IMG/VR virus record: IMGVR_UViG_3300024259_000012 | Strand: one strand, 5' to 3' | Source of the DNA: a virus | DNA length: 64,000 nt | In this document: in pieces, positions 10,971 to 21,805 of the stretch | Position numbering within the stretch: position 1 is the first letter of the stretch | How the letters are laid out: each line of letters opens with the position of its first letter | Translations under genes and position numbers: made by a program | The notes under the pieces: model-generated | The model's database searches: none | What the model saw: only the letters and a program-made list of their open reading frames with translations | What the model was told of the DNA's origin: nothing

Positions 10971-12523
10971 TGCTCATCATTGAACACGTTGAATGGATAC
11001 CCTTTATGGCTTTCCAACTCAAAGAATTCATGGATAGCTTCCCAATCTGAAACATCTCGGGGCGTGTTGTCAATATGCTTGCGTGAAAAATAGAAGCGGG
11101 GTTCTAAGAAATTATATCCAAGTGCGTTGCCGCTGAAATCAGAAATGGCTTCCTCATCGGTCGTGCATCCGAACTGCTTAAATTTATCATAATCCTTTGG
11201 AAACACCTCAATACCTCTACCAATTTTAAATCCCTCCGGCCCTCGCTTTAATGCTTCTCTCAATTTATCAGTTATGATAATATCCAAGTCATCATTTTTG
11301 CGAATACCCATGAGTGCTAAAATACCACTTTGGCACACGGTGTATTCACTGCGTGGAATTCCAAGTTGGTCAATCTCCTTTAGTCTGTCAACATGAAGTA
11401 TCGGATTTTCTATTCTGATTTTACCATCCTTGAATGGCGTGTCATACACATTCTCTCGCTTCATGTAAAATGGAATATATTTCTTACCCTCTGTGAGTCT
11501 GCCAATCATTGCACATGCCCTGTGATATCCATGCTTGACTATACCATTTTCAAAATCAACCGGATTCTCTTTCAAAAACTGAGCAATCTCTTCGTCTGAC
11601 ATTTCCTCAAGTGATGCGTAATATTCCTCTGACATGTTTTCCCAACCATGCTTGTGATGGTCTGCCACATTCTTTCTGAAGCCACCTCGCATAGCATTGT
11701 AGTATTGCCAAACCTGCGGGGTCAACATATTGCCGACTCCCATCTCCCCAGTCCAAAATTTAACCACTTCTTCAACGGTTCCTAAGCGACCTTCGGGGCG
11801 TTCATCTTGAGTTATAATCTCTTTCCCACCGCCACCTTTTGCAAGCTCCATTCCTAAGAAATACTCAAGACTAATTGGCACATATTCATCAGACCCATTG
11901 ATGGTGTCATAAAATAAATTTTGACTCACTTGTTTATCAATAGCTTTAATGTGCATCATACACCATTCTTCCTCAGCGGGCAGTCTTCCGATAACCTTCG
12001 CTCCGGTAATAAATTCATGCACTTTGTTTTTCCATTTGATGTGAGGGGCATTGCGATAGATGCGGGCTTGATAGTCGGGGAAATTCACCCAACCACTGTC
12101 ATTAACTTTCCAACCCCATTTAGTGATGTGTTCCTGTCTAAGACCATTTACAATATTTATGCGTGGAACCCAAATCATGTCAACTTCCGTATTGCCCGAC
12201 ATAACGCCGTGTAAATTTTCAATCAAATCCGGTTGGAAATATTCATCAGCGTCCACGTTCACAATATATTCACCGATACACTTAGAATTTGCAAAATTCT
12301 TTTGGCTTGCAAAGTCTTTATTTAAGTGACGTTTGAATATCTGAACCGTGTCCAAGGTTGCATAGTGTTCTAATATATTGAGGGTTTTCTCATCGGTGCT
12401 GTAATCATCAACGATAATTATTTCATGTTTATACAGCGGGGATGACACAGTTGTAATTTGGTTTAATAATTTTTCAAGTACATTACCTTCGTTATGCACC
12501 AATATACTAAATGAAATGTCCAT
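10949..12523 (-). CDS. Multidomain protein: GT2 glycosyltransferase plus ParB-like and nucleotidyltransferase-like regions
   Basis: N-terminal VDDYSTD, VDADE, FPDYQARIY (GT2); HGYHRA; SGILALMGIRKNDDLDII. Confidence 0.65.
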   Translation of the reverse strand: MDISFSILVHNEGNVLEKLLNQITTVSSPLYKHEIIIVDDYSTDEKTLNILEHYATLDTVQIFKRHLNKDFASQKNFANSKCIGEYIVNVDADEYFQPDLIENLHGVMSGNTEVDMIWVPRINIVNGLRQEHITKWGWKVNDSGWVNFPDYQARIYRNAPHIKWKNKVHEFITGAKVIGRLPAEEEWCMMHIKAIDKQVSQNLFYDTINGSDEYVPISLEYFLGMELAKGGGGKEIITQDERPEGRLGTVEEVVKFWTGEMGVGNMLTPQVWQYYNAMRGGFRKNVADHHKHGWENMSEEYYASLEEMSDEEIAQFLKENPVDFENGIVKHGYHRACAMIGRLTEGKKYIPFYMKRENVYDTPFKDGKIRIENPILHVDRLKEIDQLGIPRSEYTVCQSGILALMGIRKNDDLDIIITDKLREALKRGPEGFKIGRGIEVFPKDYDKFKQFGCTTDEEAISDFSGNALGYNFLEPRFYFSRKHIDNTPRDVSDWEAIHEFFELESHKGYPFNVFNDEQWLVKCQ

Positions 12524-12526
12524 TTC

Positions 12527-12991
12527 CTAATCCTTTATTATTTTTTTACCAACGAAACGTGGTGGATAATCATATGCAACCAAATAGATTGCGTTCATTT
12601 TCAATACGTCTGTATCAAATTTTCGGTAGATGTCCGTGCCTGCAAGTTTTGGGCTTAACTGTGGGTATGAATTTTTGATATTCCCGATTACGATATGTTG
12701 GTATTCTAAATTCTCGTGTTCCGACAGAATCGTTCCCCTAAAGTGATTCAGCATTCTATTGAGCTTCGGTCCCCGAATCTTCGGCTTACGACTCTCTTCC
12801 AACTGCAATGCATGAATTACTTTCATGCGGGTTCCATCTTTTTTTCGTGTCCATGATAGTGAATCCAATGGATGTGTCAGCACCAATACGGTTCGTATCC
12901 TCTTGCGCTTGTCACGACCATACATAAATTGTATAGTCATTCCTGGCTCAATTTGGTTCATGTTTATTTTAACTCTTTTTTCCCTTGGCAT
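12527..12991 (-). CDS. Hypothetical protein
   Basis: 154 aa ORF translationally coupled (TAATG) to upstream gene. Confidence 0.6.
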   Translation of the reverse strand: MPREKRVKINMNQIEPGMTIQFMYGRDKRKRIRTVLVLTHPLDSLSWTRKKDGTRMKVIHALQLEESRKPKIRGPKLNRMLNHFRGTILSEHENLEYQHIVIGNIKNSYPQLSPKLAGTDIYRKFDTDVLKMNAIYLVAYDYPPRFVGKKIIKD

Positions 12992-13461
12992 TACATATCC
13001 TTAGCTATGCCCATATCTCTTAAGGCATCTAAAAAGTTGAATTGCTCATATACAGCGGCGGATTCCAAGTCCAAAAAGCTGGTGTGGAATTTACCTTCTT
13101 CACCCTCTACTGGATATTTCTCTTCATCACCTTCAGGAACCGGATTTACCTTTGCGTATTTCCAATTCCAACTGTTCATGGCACCCTCGGGAAATATGAT
13201 TCCCAGTTTTCCCATATTGATAACACTTGGATACCAATATATCTCTCGCTCGGAATCAAAAATTTCCAAGTCATTTACTATTTTGGCAGTTGTCTCTTTG
13301 TGCTGTGCCAAATGTTTTGAACCGTCAGTGAAATATGAATTGCTCGTATATCCACAGTTGATACACAAATACGATTTCATGGTATTTCCGTCACCCTCAA
13401 GGATGTCCTCAAAACACTTGTCTTGGTTAAAACATATCGGGCAGTCTATTACTCTTTCCAT
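12991..13461 (-). CDS. Hypothetical zinc-ribbon protein
   Basis: CPIC...CINCG; likely start MERVID at 13461. Confidence 0.65.
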   Translation of the reverse strand: MERVIDCPICFNQDKCFEDILEGDGNTMKSYLCINCGYTSNSYFTDGSKHLAQHKETTAKIVNDLEIFDSEREIYWYPSVINMGKLGIIFPEGAMNSWNWKYAKVNPVPEGDEEKYPVEGEEGKFHTSFLDLESAAVYEQFNFLDALRDMGIAKDM

Positions 13462-13463
13462 AA

Positions 13464-14108
13464 TTATTCCTTTATTTCTATAAATTGACACCTAAGATGT
13501 TCAATTATTTCTTGCTTTCTACGCTTATCCCGTTCCACTTGATTTTGGTGAAAGGGTTCGTAGTATTCCAATACTATATTTTTCTCTTTGCTATAACCAT
13601 CAACCCAATATCCCAACTCTTTAATATGAAACTCACCACCATTTTCGGCGTGCTGTAAGTCTGTTATTCCAAGCTCTATTGCCATTGACTCAAGTATTGG
13701 AATTGCCTTGGGATTGTAGTTTGGAAATATTTGGCCTTCTCTTTTTTCAATCCTCGCTATGGCACTTATTCGCTGTCTGCGTTTGGACTCATTTAAGTAT
13801 TCAGTGCCGTTGTTCCGTCTGGTATCTCATATCTTTGCAACGCTATCCGGATTATTCATTGGATTTCATTTTAGCATTCGCTCCCTCTTCTTCTGGCGAG
13901 TCTCGTCGCTTTCTGTAAACCCAAATTTACTATGTGCATCTCCAAACTTACCATACATTGGATGTTTGGTTTTATCTTCTAATAGCTTCCTTCGCCCACA
14001 ACTTTTACATCGCAATCTATTCATTTTAATAGCCCGATTCATTATATACTTGGAGCCGAATTCTCTATCGGCTCCACAGTCAATGCATTGCAATTTATAT
14101 ATGTCCAC
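13464..14108 (-). CDS. Free-standing homing-endonuclease-like protein (Zn ribbon, NUMOD3-like, DUF559/Vsr-like nuclease), 2 in-frame TGA
   Basis: Joins track ORFs 13866..14144 and 13464..13685; TGA at 13866-13868 and 13827-13829; HAENGGEFHI...YWVDGY...EYYEPFH; probable GTG start at 14108 after AGGAG. Confidence 0.75.
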
Positions 14109-14155
14109 TTTACTTCTCCTGTTAGATTCATATATAAATAGCACATAATTAAATT

Positions 14156-15514
14156 TTACACCTTTTTAAGTTTGGGTAAAACTTTCTTTTGCGGCACACC
14201 TTTTAACTTTGGAAGCTTTAGGTCAGGTATTGCGCCTTTCTTTTTCAACTTGGGTAGTGCCAGTGGAGCCTCGTGCGTAAACTCTGGGAGATGCTTGTCC
14301 AAAATAGCCTCAAAAGCTTTAGTCATTGCATCCAATGAAAACCGGCTCTTGGTTATATTGGCGAACGTCTTGAGATTTTTATTATATTTGCCATAGTTCT
14401 TATGTATGTCTTTCAACACATTTTTAGCAAATCCATAGTTCACAGTATACCATTGCGCCCCATCAACAACCAATCCTTTTTGAAGGCTGTCCTTTGGAAC
14501 GTCTGTCATTGCTCCTGGTAATAGCGTGACAAATTTTGAATTTAGGAAATCCACATGCCCACTCCAATTTGGAGCTACAATTGGTTTTTCACTAAAGATT
14601 GCTTCTGCCAATGGACGACCATATCCTTCACCGTGTGTGAATGAAATATGAGCCTTTACCTTTGGTTGGTTATACAGGTCATTCATTTCTTCATCCGTGA
14701 AGTCTCCATGTATCAAGTAAACATTTGGTAGGGTTGTAGCTTCTACCGTGTTTTTGATTTGCTCAATTTTTGTCAACAAATCTTCACGGTCTAAAATGGA
14801 GAACCCTGCGCCGCTTGTTTTCATCAACAATGCCGGTGCCTTGGTTTGATTCTTGAACGTTTCCAAGAATGTCTTAACCATCATGCCGGTGTCCTTTCGG
14901 TCACGACCCATTCCACCTTGCAACCAATGACCCACGTATAAAAATACAAATGACTCTTTTATTGCAGACAATTCCTTTTTCAACGCCACGTCATGCTTGA
15001 CAACCTTCTTATAAATGTTGGTGTCTGCGCCTTCAAATAGAACTTCCATTGGCTTATTCAATTTATGCTCACTCAATATTTTGTCGGTGTTATTCTTATC
15101 ACGCTCTTGAATTACAATAGACTCAAACATATTCTTACCGAACTTGGACGGGACGATATTCAGATTCATTCGGTTGAGTCCTGCTATCCAATCTGCGGGG
15201 CATAGGGTTGTTTCCAGCCCAGCCGTTATACCTATGTTATATGTTCCCATTGGTCTAAATTCGTTTGGAACCGACATTTGAATAAATACATCGGGCAGTC
15301 TTTCAATCACACCATCCAAAACCAAGCTGTCAATTATCTGCTTGTCGGTTTCCGGATTTAATGCATCTCGGGCGGTTGTGCCTCAAGGCATTGGCAAGAT
15401 TTTAATATCAAATTTGTCCATATCAAATAGAGACCTTGCGATATCACGCATGTGGTTTCCATATCCGGAGCGGGTTTCAATTGGACCCATAAGTGCTACA
15501 AATGTTCGCTTCAT
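14156..15514 (-). CDS. GT4-type glycosyltransferase, 1 in-frame TGA
   Basis: Start MKRTFVALMGPIETRSGYG at 15514; PMP*GTT TGA at 15383-15385; GEGYGRPLAEA motif. Confidence 0.85.
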
Positions 15515-15515
15515 A

Positions 15516-17117
15516 TTATGCTCCCTTTCTATTGGGTATCGTTATGTTACCCTCAACTATGTCTTTTGTGGTCTGTAATCCGGCGTTCATTGATTTATGT
15601 GGCTTTGGGATTTCAAACAATTTATATCGCTGTCTTGGTTTCCAAGTTTTGAATGTGGTATCCATGTCTTTCAAAAACCGAGAACACATTTCTGTGGCGG
15701 TCATACCCACTTCGGGAATTTGTACAAATTCATGCCCCTTCATTCCGGCTTCGGCTCTGTCTTCGGGTGACGTGTTATACCATTCCAACATTCTAATTGC
15801 AATGTCTTGCCAATCACACCTATCATCGGCAATATATGGAGTTGGAACCGAACCAACTATACTCCGTGTCAATGGCCATACGGGCTTTGCCCACTCACCA
15901 TGCTTGGTGTATTTTGCATCATGGTTGGAACCCCAATTGCCCTCGTAATCGTTTGCTGTTAAATATTCCCCCTTATCAGTTTTGAATCCCATTTGGTCTT
16001 GCATTCCACCGGTGGTGTTTGCAATTATCGGGACGCCTGCGGACAATGATTCTGCAAGTGCCAATCCAAACCCTTCATTTGAACTTGCCATGGCTGTAAC
16101 GTCCGCCATGTTGTACAAATAATTCAACTGTGCAGTGTGCAATTTATTTGCTGAAAATAGCACATTGTAGTCAGGACACAACTCTGCAATAACTGCAGGT
16201 AAATCTGTTCCATTCTCATCTACCGGTGTGGTATGTAGCAACAACACACATTTGTCAGCTTCCTCTTTGGATAGCGTATCACAAAATGTCTTGTATGCAT
16301 AAATTAAGTCAGTAGTCATTTTCCTACGGATATTTCTACTGTTGTAAAATATAATAAACTCAGGCTTTGCGTCACCCAACATCTGCTTCTTAAACTCCGA
16401 GTATTTGTCCCACTCAGGATGCAATGCATCAATGGGGTAAAATTCGTCTTGATTAATACCATGCGGCACATAGCTAACATTTACAGTTTCACCCGACCGC
16501 TTGGTGGAAACTTCACCGTGCATCAAATCAATAACTTCAACGGCGGTGTTGTCTGCCAAAACCTTTTTATGGATGTAATGAGACTGCTTTGAAATGCCCA
16601 TGATTAGGTCACAGCTTTCATAAAATCTTGCATTGTAACTTGGCGTTGGGATGTCATCCCAAATAGCATAATAAAAAATTGGAATGTGCTGTCTAATCTC
16701 GTGCTCCATCTGATACAACCAACCCCAAAATCTTGGGTCTGTGTAGTGAAGAATAGCGTCCGGCTTTGGGTCGTAATTTGACAAAATTTCTCTTACGAGT
16801 TGTGGGTTGCCGTATCCACTAACTGGAAATATTTTAACATCACAATCTGGGACGCCCGTTTCATCGCCCATTGATTCTGATATGTCCATGACCTTACCGG
16901 CATCGGGGTGATTGATTGCACCACCAACTTGAATTATGTTATATTGATGTACAATGCCCATTACAATTTCACGGGTCATTGTACCGATTCCGCTATGCAT
17001 TCTTAAATCATCTGCTAAGACTAATAATGTTTGGCGTTCGGATTTTGGCAACACCGGATATCCGTTTCGCATTGCTCCGATTTCAAATTTTGCTATATTA
17101 TTCACTTTCTTTACCAT
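15516..17117 (-). CDS. GT4-type glycosyltransferase
   Basis: NEGFGLALAESLSAGVPII motif; RNIRRK. Confidence 0.85.
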   Translation of the reverse strand: MVKKVNNIAKFEIGAMRNGYPVLPKSERQTLLVLADDLRMHSGIGTMTREIVMGIVHQYNIIQVGGAINHPDAGKVMDISESMGDETGVPDCDVKIFPVSGYGNPQLVREILSNYDPKPDAILHYTDPRFWGWLYQMEHEIRQHIPIFYYAIWDDIPTPSYNARFYESCDLIMGISKQSHYIHKKVLADNTAVEVIDLMHGEVSTKRSGETVNVSYVPHGINQDEFYPIDALHPEWDKYSEFKKQMLGDAKPEFIIFYNSRNIRRKMTTDLIYAYKTFCDTLSKEEADKCVLLLHTTPVDENGTDLPAVIAELCPDYNVLFSANKLHTAQLNYLYNMADVTAMASSNEGFGLALAESLSAGVPIIANTTGGMQDQMGFKTDKGEYLTANDYEGNWGSNHDAKYTKHGEWAKPVWPLTRSIVGSVPTPYIADDRCDWQDIAIRMLEWYNTSPEDRAEAGMKGHEFVQIPEVGMTATEMCSRFLKDMDTTFKTWKPRQRYKLFEIPKPHKSMNAGLQTTKDIVEGNITIPNRKGA

Positions 17118-17281
17118 TCCATGCTCCCTGTAATTTCTGCATATTTTTCATTAATCAATTCCACAACCGCTTCTCGCACGGATACTATTTTTTGCCTATC
17201 TTTACTGTAGTGTGCCAAAATCTTCAAGAACTTATTATACTCAACGTCTTGCAAATCAAATGGCGAAATTTTCTTACTCAT
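17111..17281 (-). CDS. Small hypothetical protein (56 aa)
   Basis: MSKKISPFDL...SMEW; GGAG SD and TATTTATA motif upstream; below ORF track cut-off. Confidence 0.55.
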   Translation of the reverse strand: MSKKISPFDLQDVEYNKFLKILAHYSKDRQKIVSVREAVVELINEKYAEITGSMEW

Positions 17282-17347
17282 ATTTTCTCCAATCTATATT
17301 CTTTATATTACACATATAAATAGTATAAAACTTAAAAATATGACCAA

Positions 17348-17543
17348 TTAAAATTTAGAATCATCTTCATCTGGTACTGGCTGTGACAGCAACTCCTCCC
17401 GAAATGCCGCATCGTGAACGAATTTATGTAATGTTCTATTTACCAGCTTCTGAAGCGTAAAATCATTGGTAATTGATTGTATCTTGAATTTCCGATAACA
17501 ACCATCAAGAACTTTTACTGTGGTTAATTTTGTCTTATCCATA
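17348..17543 (-). CDS. Small hypothetical, possibly ribbon-helix-helix DNA-binding protein
   Basis: MDKTKLTTVKV...FTLQKLVNRTL. Confidence 0.5.
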
Positions 17544-17552
17544 CTACCCTTT

Positions 17553-17963
17553 CTAATCAAACACAAGAGTCTTTTTATTTGATTTTTCAGCACACTCTAA
17601 AGCGTGTGCGGTTCCGGAAGTAACCTCTCCGTTGGTGACAAATGCTAATACAATGTCACTGTATTCCACAAGCTGTTTATTGCGAGTGAAAAAATATCGT
17701 ACATGGTATGGTTTCCCATACTTTGTGTGCTCCAAGATGCAATGCTGATTCCATTGAAAATGAGCAGGTGGAAACTCAACATATTTCATGTTCAAGTCCA
17801 GTGCGGCTTTCTTTGCAATCCCATCTGCACCCTTTGGTTGACCGCCGCTTACAATTTCAACCTCTGCGCCATACTTATTCTTAAGCTTGTATAGCATGTC
17901 TTTAATTTTTCGACGATTATCATACGTGCGACTGCCAACAAATGCAACTTTAAGCATAATCAT
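17553..17963 (-). CDS. SLOG-superfamily (YspA/DUF2493-like) protein
   Basis: VAFVGSR, IVSGGQPKGAD, RNKQLVEYSD, SGTAH. Confidence 0.75.
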   Translation of the reverse strand: MIMLKVAFVGSRTYDNRRKIKDMLYKLKNKYGAEVEIVSGGQPKGADGIAKKAALDLNMKYVEFPPAHFQWNQHCILEHTKYGKPYHVRYFFTRNKQLVEYSDIVLAFVTNGEVTSGTAHALECAEKSNKKTLVFD

Positions 17964-18372
17964 TCCTCTTCTGCTTTCTAACTGTTTTGTCAGAATAACA
18001 AAATGTTACAGCGTGAGCAAACTTATCCAACCCCGTATGAATTCCCTCTATTACGTTACCGGTGAACACATATTCAAAATTATAATGCAACTTTGGATTT
18101 GTGTATTTTTGACCAACAATGTTGAAAAATATAGACTCATTAAATTTAACGGTATCGGTTGCAACCACCCGAGTTTTATTTTTTAGCCGTGATTCCCACG
18201 TCTTCAAAAAATCACCAACACGAGTCGCAGAAAGGTGACCTTCAGGATACCACAACAATAATTCAAATGCCATTGGCAACGATACATGCAAATCACAAAT
18301 TTTCAACATGATATCATCCTCGGCAGTCGTGCCTATAAAGTCTGACAATTTCAAACGTAGTTTAAGTGACAT
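17950..18372 (-). CDS. Hypothetical protein
   Basis: 140 aa ORF within operon. Confidence 0.55.
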   Translation of the reverse strand: MSLKLRLKLSDFIGTTAEDDIMLKICDLHVSLPMAFELLLWYPEGHLSATRVGDFLKTWESRLKNKTRVVATDTVKFNESIFFNIVGQKYTNPKLHYNFEYVFTGNVIEGIHTGLDKFAHAVTFCYSDKTVRKQKRNDYA

Positions 18373-18374
18373 AA

Positions 18375-19265
18375 TTACTCCTTCAATCTATCAATTGGGT
18401 CGCAGTGTTCTGGTTGGTCAGCGAATTCACACCAGCGACAATTCTTTTTATTTTTACCGGCGACTGCGATATAATTTCGCTCAGTTTTATATGCTCCACT
18501 TTCATCAAATGCCGCATCCAAAAATGCTTCAAAGGTTCGCAATACTTTACCAATTGACGGCTTTCCGCTTGCCGGTTTTACCTTTTGGAAACGCTTTTGA
18601 TAGTAGTCAACATTTTCATACAATTTGCGCTTCACTATTAAGAATTCAACCTCGATATCTTTCAACTCTACTTCATATAATTTTGAATAAAAATGCTTGT
18701 ATAGCAACAATTGATTTGTCTTGCCCTTGTCGGCCTTCTGCCATTTATTCCAACCATTGGTTGAGGTTTTCAAGTCCATTATTTTGATTGTGTTTGTTGC
18801 CTCATTTAATATAACAACATCCAAATACCCGATGAAATTCAGACCATCATTGATGGGGTCACTCAGAGATTTTTCGATGCCAAGCAATCTGTGATTCTTT
18901 TTTGGGAAATATTCATTTTGATGGGAAACCAAATAATTCAATATTTTTTCACCATCATAGAAAAACTCCAACATCTCCTCTTTGGTTGCTGGGAATGTAC
19001 CCTGCTTTTCATATGCACTTGTGAACCGCTTTTTCATATCGGTCTCCAACATTTCCATAAGTGGAAGCTCATTGGCCTCTCGCACTGTGGACGCATATAG
19101 AGTTTTCAAATATGACTGTATCACATTATGCATGGCGATTCCAAATATAAGATGAATACTTGATTCTCGCTTTGCTAATTTATCTATGTACGATAATTTC
19201 CATTGTCTTGGACACGCATCATACATTGATAACTGTGACCATGATACTACTTTTTTACGTGGCAC
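18375..19265 (-). CDS. PD-(D/E)XK nuclease (RecB/Cas4-like)
   Basis: SWSQLSMYDACP, FGIAMH, GYLDVV, IMDLKTS, QLLLY, C-terminal CRWCEF...C. Confidence 0.85.
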   Translation of the reverse strand: MPRKKVVSWSQLSMYDACPRQWKLSYIDKLAKRESSIHLIFGIAMHNVIQSYLKTLYASTVREANELPLMEMLETDMKKRFTSAYEKQGTFPATKEEMLEFFYDGEKILNYLVSHQNEYFPKKNHRLLGIEKSLSDPINDGLNFIGYLDVVILNEATNTIKIMDLKTSTNGWNKWQKADKGKTNQLLLYKHFYSKLYEVELKDIEVEFLIVKRKLYENVDYYQKRFQKVKPASGKPSIGKVLRTFEAFLDAAFDESGAYKTERNYIAVAGKNKKNCRWCEFADQPEHCDPIDRLKE

Positions 19266-19872
19266 TTTGCCCTCCTATCGCATCAATCATACCGTATTTC
19301 AAGCATGTCTCTGCATCTAAATATAACTCCTTTGTTAAGCCATCAGTCCAAAACTTCTTGGTCTTTTTTGTATGCTTAACAAGCATTGTCAACATGGTGT
19401 CTCGAATCCACTGCATTTGAGTTGCTGTGCTTATCATGTCCGACGTTTTACCGTCCATGGCCGTGGCACCCTCGTGAATCAGCAATGTGGCATTTTTGCC
19501 CATGTAGCGTTTTCCAGTCAAACAGGTCAATAACCATGCACCGGATGACATTGCCGCACCAAATGCAAACCCATTTACCTTTACTGGAAGTGAGTGAATA
19601 TAATCAATCAAACTAAACAATGCATACGCCTCTCCACCATAAGATGATATGCGCAGGTTGATGTCCATTTCTGGGTTGTGCAACATTAGGAAATCCATAC
19701 GAATCATTAACGCCTCAACGGTTTCCAATGTGAATTCACCAGAAAAATTTACGGTGTTGGTCACCAAATTAATAAAATAATCCAAATGCAATGCTGTTAA
19801 ATCAATATGTGCTTCAATTGCGGTTGGGATGCCAGCATCTTCTTCTACTTTTTCTACTTTTTCTGTTGTCAT
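19255..19872 (-). CDS. ClpP-like protease subunit
   Basis: ISSYGG, AAMSSG (catalytic Ser), LLIHE (His), YLDAETCLKYGMIDAI. Confidence 0.8.
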   Translation of the reverse strand: MTTEKVEKVEEDAGIPTAIEAHIDLTALHLDYFINLVTNTVNFSGEFTLETVEALMIRMDFLMLHNPEMDINLRISSYGGEAYALFSLIDYIHSLPVKVNGFAFGAAMSSGAWLLTCLTGKRYMGKNATLLIHEGATAMDGKTSDMISTATQMQWIRDTMLTMLVKHTKKTKKFWTDGLTKELYLDAETCLKYGMIDAIGGQSAT

Positions 19873-19874
19873 AT

Positions 19875-20051
19875 TTACAGTTTCAACTTTCTAATTTGTT
19901 TTGGGTCAACTCCACTTTTTATAAGAATCCCACGAATTTCTTGTCTACCTTGTTCTGTCATCATATAAGCCTCTACATGCTGTAAGGCTTCTTCATCTGT
20001 TAAATTCCAATATCTTTGTATCGGCTCTACCACCCATCTTGGATATCCCAT
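19875..20051 (-). CDS. Small hypothetical protein (58 aa)
   Basis: MGYPRWVVEP...RKLKL fills the gap exactly; resembles the C-terminal half of the upstream gene product. Confidence 0.55.
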   Translation of the reverse strand: MGYPRWVVEPIQRYWNLTDEEALQHVEAYMMTEQGRQEIRGILIKSGVDPKQIRKLKL

Positions 20052-20052
20052 G

Positions 20053-20487
20053 TTAAAGCCCTTTCAAATATTTCTTTTTCTGTTTGTCATCAAGACCATA
20101 TAAACCAATTATACGCTCTATTTCAGTTTTGTCCATCAATTCTATATATGCTCGGACATCCGACGTGCCCAATTCAAAGTATTTGCACAACAACTCAATC
20201 AATTCCGAACTGTAGTTTACCGATTTCTTACCCTTTATATATTTGAGCCATATCCGGCTTTTTGGTAATACATCAATATAAAATGCATACATCAATTTAG
20301 GTGAAACGTCCAAGGTCTGCGCATAATTTACAACACCTGCCCAATCCGGATTCATAGATAGAAATCTATGTACCATATAACTTGACCATGTTTTTTTATC
20401 ACCATCTGTCAAGGTGTCCCAATAGTTGGGGTCTTGCGTTTGCGTTATAGCTGTTATGTGATTGAATAACGTTTTTATTTTAGTCAT
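20053..20487 (-). CDS. Putative clamp loader small subunit (gp62-like)
   Basis: YMVHRFLSMNP...LPK...WLKYIK pattern; near the clamp loader ATPase. Confidence 0.6.
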   Translation of the reverse strand: MTKIKTLFNHITAITQTQDPNYWDTLTDGDKKTWSSYMVHRFLSMNPDWAGVVNYAQTLDVSPKLMYAFYIDVLPKSRIWLKYIKGKKSVNYSSELIELLCKYFELGTSDVRAYIELMDKTEIERIIGLYGLDDKQKKKYLKGL

Positions 20488-21151
20488 TATTCATCTCCCA
20501 CGCTTTAAGTTCAATAAACTTACACCCATATGTTTTCATAATTCACCGTTTTCTATTTTTGTCATATATACTATTACGTTGTTTTTTATGAAATGGTTCA
20601 TAATATTCTATAACAACATTATTTTCTTTATCATAACCATCAACAAAATACCCACCCAAAGTAACTTCTCCACCATTCATTGCATGTTGAAAGGTATAGC
20701 CATGTTTTTTGCCAAATTCATCAATAATTTTGCACGCTTTTGGGTTAAAACTTGGAACAATGGGAGCACCCATCTTTTCAACCTGTTTAGCTCATGCAAG
20801 TTGATGTTTTTTTCGTGTTTCATCACTTACTTTTCTACCAACCATCACATTTAATCAATTCTTATTTGTTGTATTTCTCTTGATTGACATACAACTTCTA
20901 CACAAACTGTGTTTTCTATCGGCACGAAGCAATGAATCTTTTAATTTATATGTAATAGTATTGTGACAAGATGGACATTCTCTTACCAATTTCTCAATGT
21001 GATATTTCACTGTAAATTTACCATCTTCTCTAATAACAGTTTTCCTGGAACAACTTCTACATAATTCAGAATTTGACCACTGCTCGGTAATAATGACATG
21101 GGCGCAGTTAGGACACACCCTCTCCCATTTCCCGTCGTTTCTTCTCTTCAT
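20480..21151 (-). CDS. Free-standing homing-endonuclease-like protein, 3 in-frame TGA
   Basis: Joins track ORFs 20855..21229 and 20543..20773; TGA at 20855, 20792, 20543; two CxxC...CxxC ribbons; HAMNGGE...YFVDGYD...EYYEPFH; ends TAA 20480. Confidence 0.75.
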
Positions 21152-21272
21152 AATACTTCTCCATTTTTTTACGATTGAGTTCTTTCTTATTGCGATGGTA
21201 GTATTCAAGAGCTTTCTTACGATTAGCATTTTTTAATTCTTCTTCTGTTTTATATTTCTTTTTACGACCCAT
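21108..21272 (-). CDS. Small basic helical protein (MGRKKKYKTEEE...)
   Basis: SD GAGGAG upstream; similar to 31888..32070. Confidence 0.6.
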   Translation of the reverse strand: MGRKKKYKTEEELKNANRKKALEYYHRNKKELNRKKMEKYYEEKKRREMGEGVS

Positions 21273-21324
21273 TATACTACTCCTCTCAATAATAAATATC
21301 AGTAAAGTAAAAAAAGTAAAGTAA

Positions 21325-21519
21325 TTATTTATTTTTTTTAGGATAATCTGTGATGTGAAACCCTGTACCTCTGAATTGAGGTCTCCCAACTTGAGACACC
21401 GACCGTTTCATTGGAAGCATACAATCCACACATATCGGAAAATTATTCCGGTCATCATACGAACATATGCGCTCCGCTTTATAGTCACACGTCGTACAAT
21501 AGTATTCGTATATGGGCAT
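21325..21519 (-). CDS. FmdB-family zinc ribbon protein
   Basis: MPIYEYYCTTC...CVDC...FRGTGFHITDY. Confidence 0.8.
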   Translation of the reverse strand: MPIYEYYCTTCDYKAERICSYDDRNNFPICVDCMLPMKRSVSQVGRPQFRGTGFHITDYPKKNK

Positions 21520-21794
21520 TAGCCAATCCGTGCTTCAGACGCAATCTTTAAAAATCGTTCGGGGACGGCACCACATGCTACACAGCTAAATACTGGGACC
21601 GGTGCAATTTCCTCATTCCCAGTACCACTCATGATGGGTGATATAATTTTTAAAATTACGCTGTCTTCAAACAGCCCACTTCCACATTCTGTACATACCA
21701 CACTATCACATTTTGACAGGTCTACCTTTGGTGGCGTCGCCGACGATGCATGTGGTAAGTTCTCTAAAAAATTATTATCTACTGGTGTATCCAT
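21519..21794 (-). CDS. Hypothetical zinc-binding protein
   Basis: CTECG...FSCVACG. Confidence 0.65.
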   Translation of the reverse strand: MDTPVDNNFLENLPHASSATPPKVDLSKCDSVVCTECGSGLFEDSVILKIISPIMSGTGNEEIAPVPVFSCVACGAVPERFLKIASEARIG

Positions 21795-21805
21795 TATTCT
21801 ATCTC

